Assembly (NCBI RefSeq): GCF_964355755.1
Contig: NC_092670.1
Location: forward strand, 26,584,795-26,648,794
Reading direction: 5' to 3'
DNA from: Antedon mediterranea
Lineage: Eukaryota > Animalia > Echinodermata
Length of the DNA stretch: 64,000 nucleotides
The position numbers and the translations under genes are program-made. The notes beneath the pieces were generated by a model. The model was not told the DNA's origin, did no database searches, and saw only the letters and a program-made list of their open reading frames with translations. Positions 1 through 10,825 of this stretch are shown here, one piece after another. Numbering within the stretch: the stretch's first letter is position 1; each line of letters begins with the position of its first letter.

Positions 1-59
1 AATTAACTGTTTATTTTGTCTTTAAAGTGATATTTACTCTATTTTTTAGATTAGCTCTT

Positions 60-820
60 TGATTAAACACCTCTTCCAATGCAGTGAAGATCTTAAGTGT
101 CGCCTTGTCTTACTAATCTTCCTTAACTTCTCTTTGAACAATCGTAATCAATATTTGTTGAGGTATAATATTTCCCTCTAATATGGTAATGCCTGTTTTA
201 TTGAGTCAAATGCTTTCTGATAATCTCTAAATCAAAGATTTGGTGATATTCATTTCCTTTTTATTTTAGTTGATTGACCAACTGTATAAGATGGTCCTAC
301 TGTATAAAGCCTTATATATTGGTTTATTTACTTCTAGTCGGTCTCTGATTTTGTTTTTTGATTACTTTTGTAAATTATTTGTGTACATGTGATAATGTTC
401 GTTTGGTCGGTAATGGTTGATGTCAGTTTTGTCATGTTTTTGTGGATTAAAGTATAATTATCATTGCTTCTCTTAATTTCTTCTGGTTTCAAAGATTTTG
501 TTGTATAGTGTTATGAGCTGGATGTGTTATTGCCTCATCAAGCCAAGATGGTAATTTTGACTGCTCACTGGTTTGTTTTCCTTTTATATTCCACTACAGT
601 ATGTTCTTGAAAAGAAATCAGCTTTGTAATTAATTTGTCTTTGATCCTTTTCAGATTTCTAATATTTTAAACATATGTTTTTCTTTTCTTCGCTTTTTCC
701 TCACTGTTTCAAGCATTTTATTTTGTCAGCATACTTCAAGCAATTAATTGATAATTAGGTCATATGTTTTATGAGTATCAAATCGCATTGGTTAATTCTT
801 CTTTTCTTTCTTTAAGAGCC
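60..820 (-). pseudogene. Degenerate RTE-clade LINE reverse transcriptase fragment
   Basis: Minus-strand remnants read DYQKAFDS (~205-230) and VRQGDT..KIFTALEEVF (~65-115); many stops and frameshifts; boundaries approximate. Confidence 0.65.
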
Positions 821-1059
821 TGATTTTCTTTCTTTTTTTTTTAATGTTATTTAACTTTTAAGTTTATTTAATTTTTTGTTGATATTAAGTGTTGCTCTTA
901 CGGTGTAGGCCTACCATGCGATGGAATTATATATTAAAATTAAATTAAACATTAAGTTTTAAAAAAATTGTAAAAGGCTAGATAGGATATTGAATGTAGT
1001 TCTGGTCCATTAAATCTATATTTTAGGTATATTATTATAAGTATGACACACGCACGCTT

Positions 1060-1668
1060 AACAGTATATCCTGGTCATACCTCAAACTGGCATTTCCAGT
1101 AAAAATATGATAACATCTTCTATTAGAGCTAATATAAATGTTTACATTTTGAACATTTTGACACCAAGTTGAACTTTTTATGACATTTGGTTACAGAGAT
1201 ACAGACATATTTAAACATTAAAGGTCAAAGGTCAGTAAATGACATTTCCTGTGGATTTGGAAGAACATGTTTAATTAGAGTATATATAAATATGTATGCT
1301 CTTAACAATTTGAAACAAATTTCAAGAAATTTTGACCAGTAGTTATTGAGATATAGTAAGCCGAGGTCAAAGGTCAAAACATTGAGAAATTACATTTCCG
1401 GTCGTTTTTTGGAAAAAAGTTCTATTAGAGCGAATATAAATATGTACCCTCTGATCTATTTGACACCAATATCATTTCAATTGTCAAACCCGTTGCGGAG
1501 ATATGGCTGTTTAAGATAGAAATATAAAAATTGAGGTCAGAGGTCACAGAGGTCAAATCAGATTTCCAGTAACTTTGTTTTGGTATCTCCATATCATGTT
1601 CTATCAACATGCCAAAGGGCACACTTGTATCCACTATGGTAACATCATTTCCCCTTAGGGACTGGACT
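1060..1668. repeat. Repeat with AAGGTCAAAGGTCA/GAGGTCA sub-repeats ending GGGACTGGACTA (possible Academ-like terminus)
   Basis: Internal sub-repeats; related sequence at 39790-40450, 43950-44715 and 45890-46100. Family is inferred from the TAGT/ACTA-type end. Confidence 0.35.
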
Positions 1669-2204
1669 AAAAGGGATACTGCCAGACAAGTGCGTACCTA
1701 GCTAATGTTTAGTAGTAAGTTAGATCGCTGGCAATAATGAATGCATATAAATTGCATAATAGCACTCTGACGTACTCTCACGGTCAATGAGACGTCGCGG
1801 TTTTCTAGGCGCTGAAGCTACCAAGTGAACGCGAACGTTTTTTACTGTATATTATATTCCCCGACTAAAAGTACCCGTGTTCCCTTCGGTAACCGTCGGT
1901 AAACTTTGCCTGGAAAATAACTACATTACACATTTTGGTCCCTGGATGGAACATGATATCACGCGTCTCGACCCAACGGTGAACGATTCGTACAAAGGGA
2001 TACCGCCAAACAAGTGCGTACTAGCTATTGTTTAGTAGTTAGATCTCTGGCAATAATGAATGCATAAAAGTGCATAATAGCCCTCTGACGTACTCTCACG
2101 GTCAATGGAACGTCGTGGTTTTCTAGGCGCTGAAGCTATATGAAGTGAACGCGAACGTTTTTTACTGTATGTTATATTCCCCGACAAAAAGTACCCGTGT
2201 TCCC
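1669..2204 (+). repeat. Tandem duplication (~215-bp homologous blocks, ~325-bp period)
   Basis: AAAGGGATAC...AAAAGTACCCGTGTTCCC at 1669-1884 and 1994-2204. Confidence 0.85.
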
Positions 2205-2208
2205 CGAC

Positions 2209-2242
2209 GGGGGGGGGGGGGGGGGGGAGGGGGGGGGAGGGG
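2209..2242 (+). repeat. Poly-G tract at the LINE 5' junction
   Basis: 34-nt G run with two interrupting A residues. Confidence 0.9.
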
Positions 2243-5200
2243 CTACTCTCTGAAATAATTCAAATTGAAAATGAAGTTGAAAATTGTGACCCACTTATCT
2301 TAATTGTAGGCGATTTTAATGGCAGAATAGGTAATAATGTAAGTAATGGTGATCCCATAATTAATTCTAATGGGGAGCGTTTGATAAATTTTAGTATTGA
2401 CACAGGGCTAAATATTCTAAACTGCTCACAAAAATGTTTTGGAAAGATAACTTGGTTTAGACACCCACACTCAAGCTGCATTGATTATGTGCTTTCCTCG
2501 TGTAGTGTCGATAAATTTATACATAAAATGGTCATCGATGAGGAAAGAAACTACCACATGGGTAGTGACCATAATGTGCTACTAGCCTATCTTAAATTTG
2601 AATATAATACTAATGTAAAAAATTCGAATGATAATAAACGACAAGTTTGGAATATTAAAAGCGATCAAGACTGGTCTGCTTACAAAAATTCAATTATTGA
2701 TAAATTTGACAACATTTGGTTTAATAATAACCTTGAGGATATTAGTGATATAAATTATGGTTGGGAAAAATGGAAAGATACTCTTATTTCAGTTACTAAT
2801 AATACAATTGGCTTTAAGGATGTTAAAAGCAAAAGTAAACAATGGTGGGATAAGACAATAGACACTGCCATTCAAGAACGTAAACGTGCTTGTAAGGAGC
2901 ATCGTGCATGGTCTAAACATAATAGGGCAGATCTTGATAAGGGGATGCTTTATGGAAGGATTATAAAATGAAAAAAACTCAAGCGAAAAATGTAATAAAA
3001 AATAAAATGATGCAATTGAAAGTTGACAAAAGTGTTGCCATAGCGAAAGCAGGTGGTCAGAGTTCTAAAGACTTTTGGAACGAATTAAGGGGGCCTAAGA
3101 AGGTAATTGTTCCTTCTAACCTAAAAATTCCCGACTCTACACAAGTTACCTCAGACAAACAGGTTATGGCTAACTTGATTAAAATTTATTGGAGTAACTT
3201 GGGTAATCAAACTGGTGTCAATACTTATAATGATATAGTTATCAATAGTCATGTTTCTGATGTTAGGGAAAATTATATAAATTATGTTAATGATGATCCA
3301 CAAAAAGTACTGGATGATATAAGAATTTCATTTGAAGATGTTAAAAGTTCAATACTTCGTTCTAAAAACAATAAAGCACCTGGTGTTGATGGCATCACTA
3401 ACGAATTGTTAAAGAACGGAGGTGACTGCTTTATTAGGTCACTTACATATCTTTTTAACTATTTTGTTAAATCAGAGAAAATTCCCACCGAGTGGAATAA
3501 AGGGATCATTATACCTATCCATAAAAAAGGTAGCAAGAACGATTTAAATAACTATAGAGGTATCACATTATCATCATGTGTTGCTAAAATTTTCAATCGT
3601 ATTATTTGTGATCGTATCTCAGAATTTCTTGAGAGTAATAGTATTCTTACGGAAATCCAGGGAGGCTTTAGGAAAAATCATAGATGTGAGGACCACATAT
3701 TTACACTTAAAAGCATATTGGCTACGCGAAATGCGGAAAATAAGTTAACATACTTAGCCTTCCTGGATTTCCGTAAGGCTTTTGACACGGTTTGGCGTAA
3801 TGGCCTTTTGTCAATAGCATGGAATACTGGTATCCGTGGTAAAGTCTGGAAAATTATTGATAAACTTTATACAAACGTCAAATGTAATGTTAAGTTTGGT
3901 GATATTGTAACTGATTATTTTGATGTCGATGAAGGGGTTAAGCAAGGCTGCGTATTATCACCGACCTTATTCTGTATTTTTATAAATGAACTCTCCAAAA
4001 TGTTATATAATGAAAATGTCGGATGTCATACTTTAGGCACAAAAATTAGCTGTCTTTTTTGGGCTGACGACGTTGTCTTGATTGCTAAAGATGAAAATGA
4101 TCTGGAGAAAATGTTATCTATCGCTGGAATTTTCTCAAAAAAATGGAAACTTAACTTTAATTATGACAAATCAAATGTTGTGGTTGTTGGTAAACGTACT
4201 AATAAAACTAAACAATGGCCTCTTGTAAACCACTTCATCAAAAAAGTAGATTGTTACAAATACTTGGGAGTGAATATTTCAAGAAACTTCTCCGAAAGTA
4301 TACATGTTAATGATGTAGTTAGAAAAGGAAATAGATTAATTGGATATATCAGGGAAGAGTTAATTGTAATTTAACTCTTCCCTGGATATATCAAGTCCAT
4401 TATTAATGAGCAAGAAGATTTTAATAGGATTTATTTTGGTAATATCTTGTGGAAAACTATAGCACTACCTTCAATTAACTATGCATGTGCAATATCAGCT
4501 TATAGTGCCAGTGATTACAAAAAAATCGAAAACATTCAGCTACAAATGGCTAAAACACTACTAAAAGCACCGAGGAACACGCCATCATTGGCTCTGTTGG
4601 GTGACTTAGGATGGGATAGCATTGAAAATACCCATAATGAAATAAAAATTAAATATTTTGACAGGCTTATCAACTTAGAAGCCCATCGTTGGCCAAAGCT
4701 GCTGTTGCATGCATTATTTACCTTGCATGACAATAATGTTAATATAAAATGGCGATGGTTAAACTCAATTAAAAGTATTCTGAATAATACTGGATTTAAT
4801 CATGTATTTTCAAATAACATACCTATAGATCCAGCATGGTTTAAATCTTTTAAGTGTGTTAATCGTCAAATGTATGAATTGGATTGGTTGAATAAAAGCT
4901 GTACCAAACCATCATTATCACTTTATGTTAAATTTAAAAAAATGCCTGAGTTAGAAAATTATCTTACTGTTAAAACTGATTTTCATGGTGCTCAATTGAA
5001 ATTTAAGGCAAGGTCAAATACTCTTCAACTTGAAAGTAGATTAAGTAAATGGGATATGAATAATACTGGTAATTGTATGTTATGTAAGGATGAACCTGAA
5101 GATTTATATCATTTTATGTTAAATTGTAAAGTACTACAAGAAGTGCGAATTTCAGAATTTGAATGCTTGGAACAAAACCTTAATGATTCTGGTCTTTCAG

Positions 5201-5400
5201 ATCTATGGAATTCACTCCAGTTAAATAATTCAGAGGTTATCTTAATGATTATACTTGGTGGTGATTGTTCTGTTCTCATTCCAACAATGTCGATTAATAT
5301 GGTAAACAAAGCCCATGACATTCTTGATAAATTCTGCAAATCATATCTTAAGAAAGCATGGGCCTTTAGACAACGTATAAAGTCTAACATTATCGAATGA
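2243..5400 (+). pseudogene. LINE ORF2 (endonuclease-RT) with two lesions
   Basis: Track ORFs 2381-2971, 2968-4374 and 4447-5400 form one ORF broken by a 1-nt loss in the G run near 2941-2944 and a 42-bp in-frame insertion carrying TAA near 4350-4391. Confidence 0.9.
4350..4384. mobile_element. 35-bp mini-palindrome with 7-bp duplication (putative P-like excision footprint)
   Basis: CAGGGAAGAGTTAA-TTGTAAT-TTAACTCTTCCCTG flanked by GATATAT at 4343-4349 and 4385-4391. Confidence 0.75.
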
Positions 5401-6180
5401 TTTTTTTAATTTTTTTATTGTATGTAAGTTGGTTTAGTTATCTTAATTCTGTTTACAGTCATCAAATAATTCACCACAGCTGAAATAATTTAATCTATGC
5501 TTTCCTGTTTATTGATGTCCCTAATTTGGGTTCCTATTGTTCCTTATTATTTTTGCTGGTAGACACTGTGTATCAAGAATGTGTATATCTTAACATAGAT
5601 TCTAAGTACTGTATATTCCTTTGTTCATATACTAATTGATATGCTAATTTAGTGTCCAAGCTTATGTGGGTTGCATTTAATTGGTTTTAGTATTACAGTT
5701 TATTTTAATTTGGTTTTATCGAACTTCCGTTTTATCTGAGTATTATCTGTTTTAATCTAGTCTATCTTTATTTTTATACTCATATTTTTTATATTGTATG
5801 TTTAATTGTTTTAAGGATGCACCATTATTATGTGTGCCGCTGTTCAAAAAGCGTTTTCCAAATAAATTATTATTATATTATTATTATATAGGGTGGGCAA
5901 CCTGTATACCAAATTTGGTGCTTTTGGAAGAAACTGAACCAAACACCCTTATTTCAGCCCTAACAGACTCCACTATAAGTTAAGTTGAATGAATGAAGCC
6001 CCCGCGTCGGAAAGATCTTGGCGCCACCGCTGTCACCTCCGCGCGCGTGTGCCAGCAACGCGCAAGAGAACCAAGATGAACGATCGCGTAAAAATGTGTA
6101 AGTATTAGCGGTCCGACTCGATCATCGTCATCGCTATTTTATTTTCAACTTTAACGATTTTTGAAACTCAACGCAACTAA

Positions 6181-6790
6181 AGCCTGTTTTCCTGTCGACG
6201 TTAGTCGACGCTATCATCGTCAATCGTTTAAAGTTCAACGACGATCGTTTGAAAACGATAAAGTTGAAATGTTAACGATAGTGCGAACATTTGATTTTTA
6301 GCGTTGAACGTTACAGTTGAAACTCCTGACTTCTTTCTCGACGTCGTCGTAACGCGCAAAATGAATAGAGGACTCTTCTGCCTCTACTAGCAGTACTAAG
6401 TAGGCGCAGTGTAGGAGACGTGGGCCTAGGCTTACTAATATCTCTATACTGATGGTTCTTCGTTCTCAGTAGGCCTATCCTAGTCCAAATAGCATTTTGG
6501 ACTAGCTGACTTTGACCTACCTAATATCCCCGCGCCTACTTTCCGGAACATCATTGTATAGTAACTTTGGTAAGGCTAGGCCTAGTTTTGACCGCGCCGC
6601 GATGCAACAAAAATAAAATGTAATCAGCAGAATTTGCCATCTATTATGTGACGTCATGTGCTGTATCGCCATGATGATTGGTCAGTTCTTACATTTTAGC
6701 GTTGCGATATCGCTAGAGTTGAACTGGATTCAACTCTTGCGATTGTCAACGATCGCGACTTGCAGCGTCGATTACCGTCGATTATTACAC
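6181..6790. mobile_element. PIF/Harbinger-like MITE, right end unclear
   Basis: TAA|AGCCTGTTTTCCTGTCGA, same as the left end at 14581; 6050-6170 matches 15065-15180. Confidence 0.5.
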
Positions 6791-6935
6791 CTTTTCACTT
6801 TAAGACTTAAATGTTATTTTTTGATACTTTTCTTTTTGTTTTTACATTGCCTTGTAAATGAACGCACCGTCTTATAAACGTGTGCCGCTGATACAAAAGC
6901 GTTCGTTCAATAAATTTATCTTATCTTATCTTATC
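6790..6935 (+). mobile_element. Short 3'-end copy of a related LINE or its SINE partner
   Basis: GCACC..GTGTGCCGCTG..AAAAGCG..AATAAA plus (TTATC)n tail, homologous to 5819-5890. Confidence 0.6.
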
Positions 6936-7984
6936 ACAGTGCGATGCGAGAAACCAATCGAAAACTGGAAGACCCAAAGCAGCTAGTTCATAACACATTT
7001 TATGAAGTTGAATGTTTGTTCACCAGCAATTGAAACATTGCTAATTGAAACGTACGTAAACCTACGCATATTCTATGCTGTTAAATTCTTCAACGGAGAC
7101 ATAATCAGTGATAAGAAGAAGAGTGAAAAATTAATTAAAGTATCACATTTATGAGGTATGCCATAAAGTTGTAGGAGGTCTGTACGCGCCTCGGTCTGTG
7201 CATTATCGGCTAGAAATGATGATCATTACGACGGTCTGGTATGATGATTGAATAATTGTAAATATGATGATTTTATTTCAATGTTTCTACATTTTTTATA
7301 TTTCCTCTGGGTGGCCCGTGCATCATTTTGCAATAGTTATTGAGTAAATTTTAAACTGAGACTACTATAACATAGGCTAACTAATTGCTATCTCAGGTTT
7401 TAAATAAATTATAATAACAAATGAATGTCATGGCGAATGATGGGTACATAATGCAGTAGTCCTAGTATGAATTGTCTCAGAATTGACTATCATAATCTGT
7501 TTCATGTCATGCCTATGATTGTTTATAAATATATTCCTAAAAATTACTGCAATAAAATAGTCGAAGTAGTGATTTTCAAAAAGTGACTTCTTGTTCTTTT
7601 TTAATTGTTTATAACACACTATTTGACTACTATATTTTCCTAATCTGTACTGTTTTGCTGCTGGATGAAAAGGAAGAACATATCAAGAACAAAAACGGAA
7701 TACGATGCGCTTAGTGTTGTTAAATACCAGAGGGACCGACTCGCATAAATAAGTAGTAGTGATGTGAGTGATGATTACTCCTAGATGATGATTTTGAGGA
7801 TGATGATAAACATTCAATAATAACAACATTATTCAGTAATTAAAACAAATAGAGATATACAAAGTACAGGAAATAATTTATTATAATTTAATCGCACATT
7901 ACCGCAATTATTGTGATGAAAAAAATTGAGTATTCAGTTACAATACAGTAGACATATCTGATCCATAAATCTATTTGTTTGAGC

Positions 7985-8962
7985 GAGAGAACGCCCTATA
8001 AAATGAGCTCCATGTGTGTTACATAAATTGCACGTAAAATTCCGAGAGTGTCCTATCTTTAGTATATAAGATCTTTGGCCAAACCAAAGAATATATATAA
8101 CAAGAATGAGTAATCCGCGATTTTCCCTGTAACAGTAATATTGTCCATGTGGTAGGGCGCCCATAAGTGAGGATGTATCTGGGATGTAGGCCTATACAAC
8201 TGTTTGTGACGGTTTCACTAATCAAAGGCTGGACCACCGGTAGTATTTTCATGATAGAAAATGTTATCAACTACATGCCAACATCATGTTAAATGCTATT
8301 TAGATATTTAATTGTTCGTTTTATGCAATTTATTTAGTAAAAACTGCCGTATAAACAGTTTGCTTTATCAACCGGGCGCTACATACGATAGCGTGACCGG
8401 GCGTGTTGGTGTTTACGCGTTTTCACTAAGGATAGTTTAATAATATTCCTATATTTAACTTGTTTCTGGTAAAACAAATAAATGTTAATGACATTTAACA
8501 TTTTGTCCTATTAATAACATGTATTTTATACTAATTTATATCATAAAAACAATACTTAATTTACCGGGCGTAGAGTAGTACACGGCAATGGTAAAGAATA
8601 GGCCGTGCTGAGTAACGATTCGTTGATTTTTGGTGTTGCTGTGTTAGGCCTTTTTTGTGAACTAACTTAGCATGTTAGTAAATAATTGTCTGTAAAAGTC
8701 AATGTACACTAGTTTGTTAATAAATATGTATTATAAAATAGTTTACAATTGCAAAAACTATTATCATAATTCTATTTAATGTGACATGTATAATATCTAT
8801 TAAATCAAGTCTTATTTAGTATGTATACATCCGCCCTTATGAGGGCGGGCATCATTCACTGGAGCTCTCTGTTACAAATTTCTCATGCAAAAATCGCGGA
8901 ATACTCATTCTTGTGATATATATTCTTTGGCCAAACGTATTGAAATTGATGGCGCTCTTCTT
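7985..8962. mobile_element. Non-autonomous element with long imperfect inverted arms
   Basis: CAAAGAATATATATAACAAGAATGAGTAATCCGCGATTTT (~8085-8125) inverts to AAAATCGCGGAATACTCATTCTTGTGATATATATTCTTTG (~8890-8930). Confidence 0.55.
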
Positions 8963-9466
8963 CTTCTACATAATAATCGATCAGGGAATAAAAAGAGAAC
9001 AGTGCAGCAGGCAATAGAACAGTTTAAAACCTGTAAAAATGGATTAAGGCGGCAGGCCCAGTTTAATATTATGTGCTTGTTGAATCAATTAATGTTGAAA
9101 AAAGCATATTATTTTGAGAATACTTTTCTTAGCCATAAGATAGTTACATTTAAAAGTGGTTTCTTTACAGCCGAATATTTGAAAGTATCATCAGCAGGCA
9201 GAGAGGGAAGAGCTTTTATTAACAATGTTTACCGTGAGTATGGTTACGCCAAAACTAGTCTCAGTGTAGCCATTGTGTTTTCATTGCTTGAATAAGCAGC
9301 ACAATTGTTTTGCCAACTAAACGAGTTTTGCTGTCTTTTATAATTACAGCCTTCTAGGCCTAGGCTAGTAGTAGGGGATCCAGTCAAGTCTCCCCTTACA
9401 AAGTCGCCCTATCGCAAAGTCGCCCCTTTTTAGGCCATAGATAGGCTAGGCCTAAAATGGTTAACC

Positions 9467-9852
9467 TGTAGCAGACCTACCACATAGCTTTTAAACAATT
9501 CAACATTTACTTTTAATTTGATTATTTATACATCCTCTATATATCTCTTTATTTAACCTCACATTGACAGGTTACCTTCCTGTTACCTTCACTTTTCTAG
9601 CTAATGGATTTTAAGAATGTTAATGACTCTAACAGAAAACCACATCAATTCTCTTAATCCTTATTGGTCAGATGAGATGGGCCAAGCCCAGTATTACCAT
9701 ACACTGACCACATTGTCTTATCAAATATTGTATATTGTATATTTTATCTATTTATTGAGAATCCTCACTTGATTCACTTGGAATAAATTGCATAGTTTAC
9801 TGTATACATTTAGTAGTTGTTTTGTTTTACCGTTGCGCCGACAATTACTAAA
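9467..9852 (+). repeat. 5' LTR (386 bp)
   Basis: TGTAGCAGAC...ATTACTAAA; matches the 3' LTR apart from a 52-bp deletion and about 3 substitutions seen by eye. Confidence 0.95.
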
Positions 9853-9853
9853 G

Positions 9854-9867
9854 TGGTGACCCTCGAC
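9854..9867 (+). promoter_or_regulatory. Primer-binding site, tRNA-Trp type
   Basis: TGGTGACCCTCGAC resembles the tRNA-Trp PBS TGGTGACCCCGAC, just after the 5' LTR. Confidence 0.8.
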
Positions 9868-9892
9868 TTTCTTATACCGAATTTAACTTAAA

Positions 9893-10825
9893 ATGGAAGG
9901 ACAACAGCAACAACGACAGCTACCGCAACCTCCAGCACAACCCCAGCACCAGGAACAACCTGTGGTGCCCGCTCCTGACGCAGCAACCGTCAACAGGCCA
10001 ATTTCTTCGGTAGCGTTGAAACTGCCTCCATACTGGTCCAATGATCCGATATTGTGGTTCACCCAAGTGGAAGCACAGTTCACAACGCGTGGGATTACAG
10101 TAGATGCTACAAAATACGCTTACTTAGTCGGATCATTGCAACCTGAAATTGCGCAGGAAGTTCGGGATCTACTTCTCAACCCGCCTACTGATAACAGGTA
10201 TGTGAACTTGAAAGATACCTTAATACGTCGGACAACTGACTCCGACCAACAGCGCCTCCGCCAACTCCTGACGGCCGAGGAGTTGGGGGATAGGAAACCG
10301 TCGCAATTATACCGACGGATGTTACAACTCTTAGGCGACAGGCCACTTGAATCTTCAATTATGAAACAACTATTCTTAAGTCGCCTCCCAACTAATGTAC
10401 AGCTTATCCTAGCTTCAACCAAGGATGAGTTGGACCTGGGAAGCTTGACATCATTGGCTGACAAAATTATTGAAGTATCTGTAACTGCAACTGCGCCAAC
10501 AAGTGTATCGGCAGTACACACGGACAATACACCCTCCTTGTCTGCGACCCTTGAAAACCTGCAAAAACAGATTCAACAACTGTCAACGCAAGTTAATTCC
10601 TTGCAATCTGACCGACGGCACAACAGATATCAAAGTCGCAGCACAAGTCGACATCGAAATCGATCGAGTGGTAGGCATTCATCTCCTGCTCAACCTAACA
10701 GTACCAATCGCTCAGCTCAACATTCAAACAACACTCCTCAACTCTGTTGGTACCATGAAAAATTTGGAGTAAATGCTCGAAAATGCAATCCGCCGTGTTC
10801 GGAAAACTCCAACGCCGACAACTAA
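9893..10825 (+). CDS. gag: Gag with CHCC motif
   Basis: 310 aa; [42 protein letters not shown]. Confidence 0.93.
   Translation: MEGQQQQRQLPQPPAQPQHQEQPVVPAPDAATVNRPISSVALKLPPYWSNDPILWFTQVEAQFTTRGITVDATKYAYLVGSLQPEIAQEVRDLLLNPPTDNRYVNLKDTLIRRTTDSDQQRLRQLLTAEELGDRKPSQLYRRMLQLLGDRPLESSIMKQLFLSRLPTNVQLILASTKDELDLGSLTSLADKIIEVSVTATAPTSVSAVHTDNTPSLSATLENLQKQIQQLSTQVNSLQSDRRHNRYQSRSTSRHRNRSSGRHSSPAQPNSTNRSAQHSNNTPQLCWYHEKFGVNARKCNPPCSENSNADN

Larger units (their letters stand above)
2243..5890 (+). mobile_element. 5'-truncated LINE (APE endonuclease + RT + C-terminal CCHC; RTE-X-like, clade uncertain)
   Basis: LIVGDFNGRIG, IDYVL, GSDHN; KAPGVDGI, QGGFRK, DFRKAFD, GVKQGCVLSPTLF, LFWADD, YKYLG; CMLC..EDLYHFMLNC; 3' UTR ends in AATAAA plus a (TAT)n tail. 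Confidence 0.92.

Noticed and set aside
8885-9295. 136-aa ORF
   Set aside because: Starts in a repeat arm, no recognisable domain or splice support.
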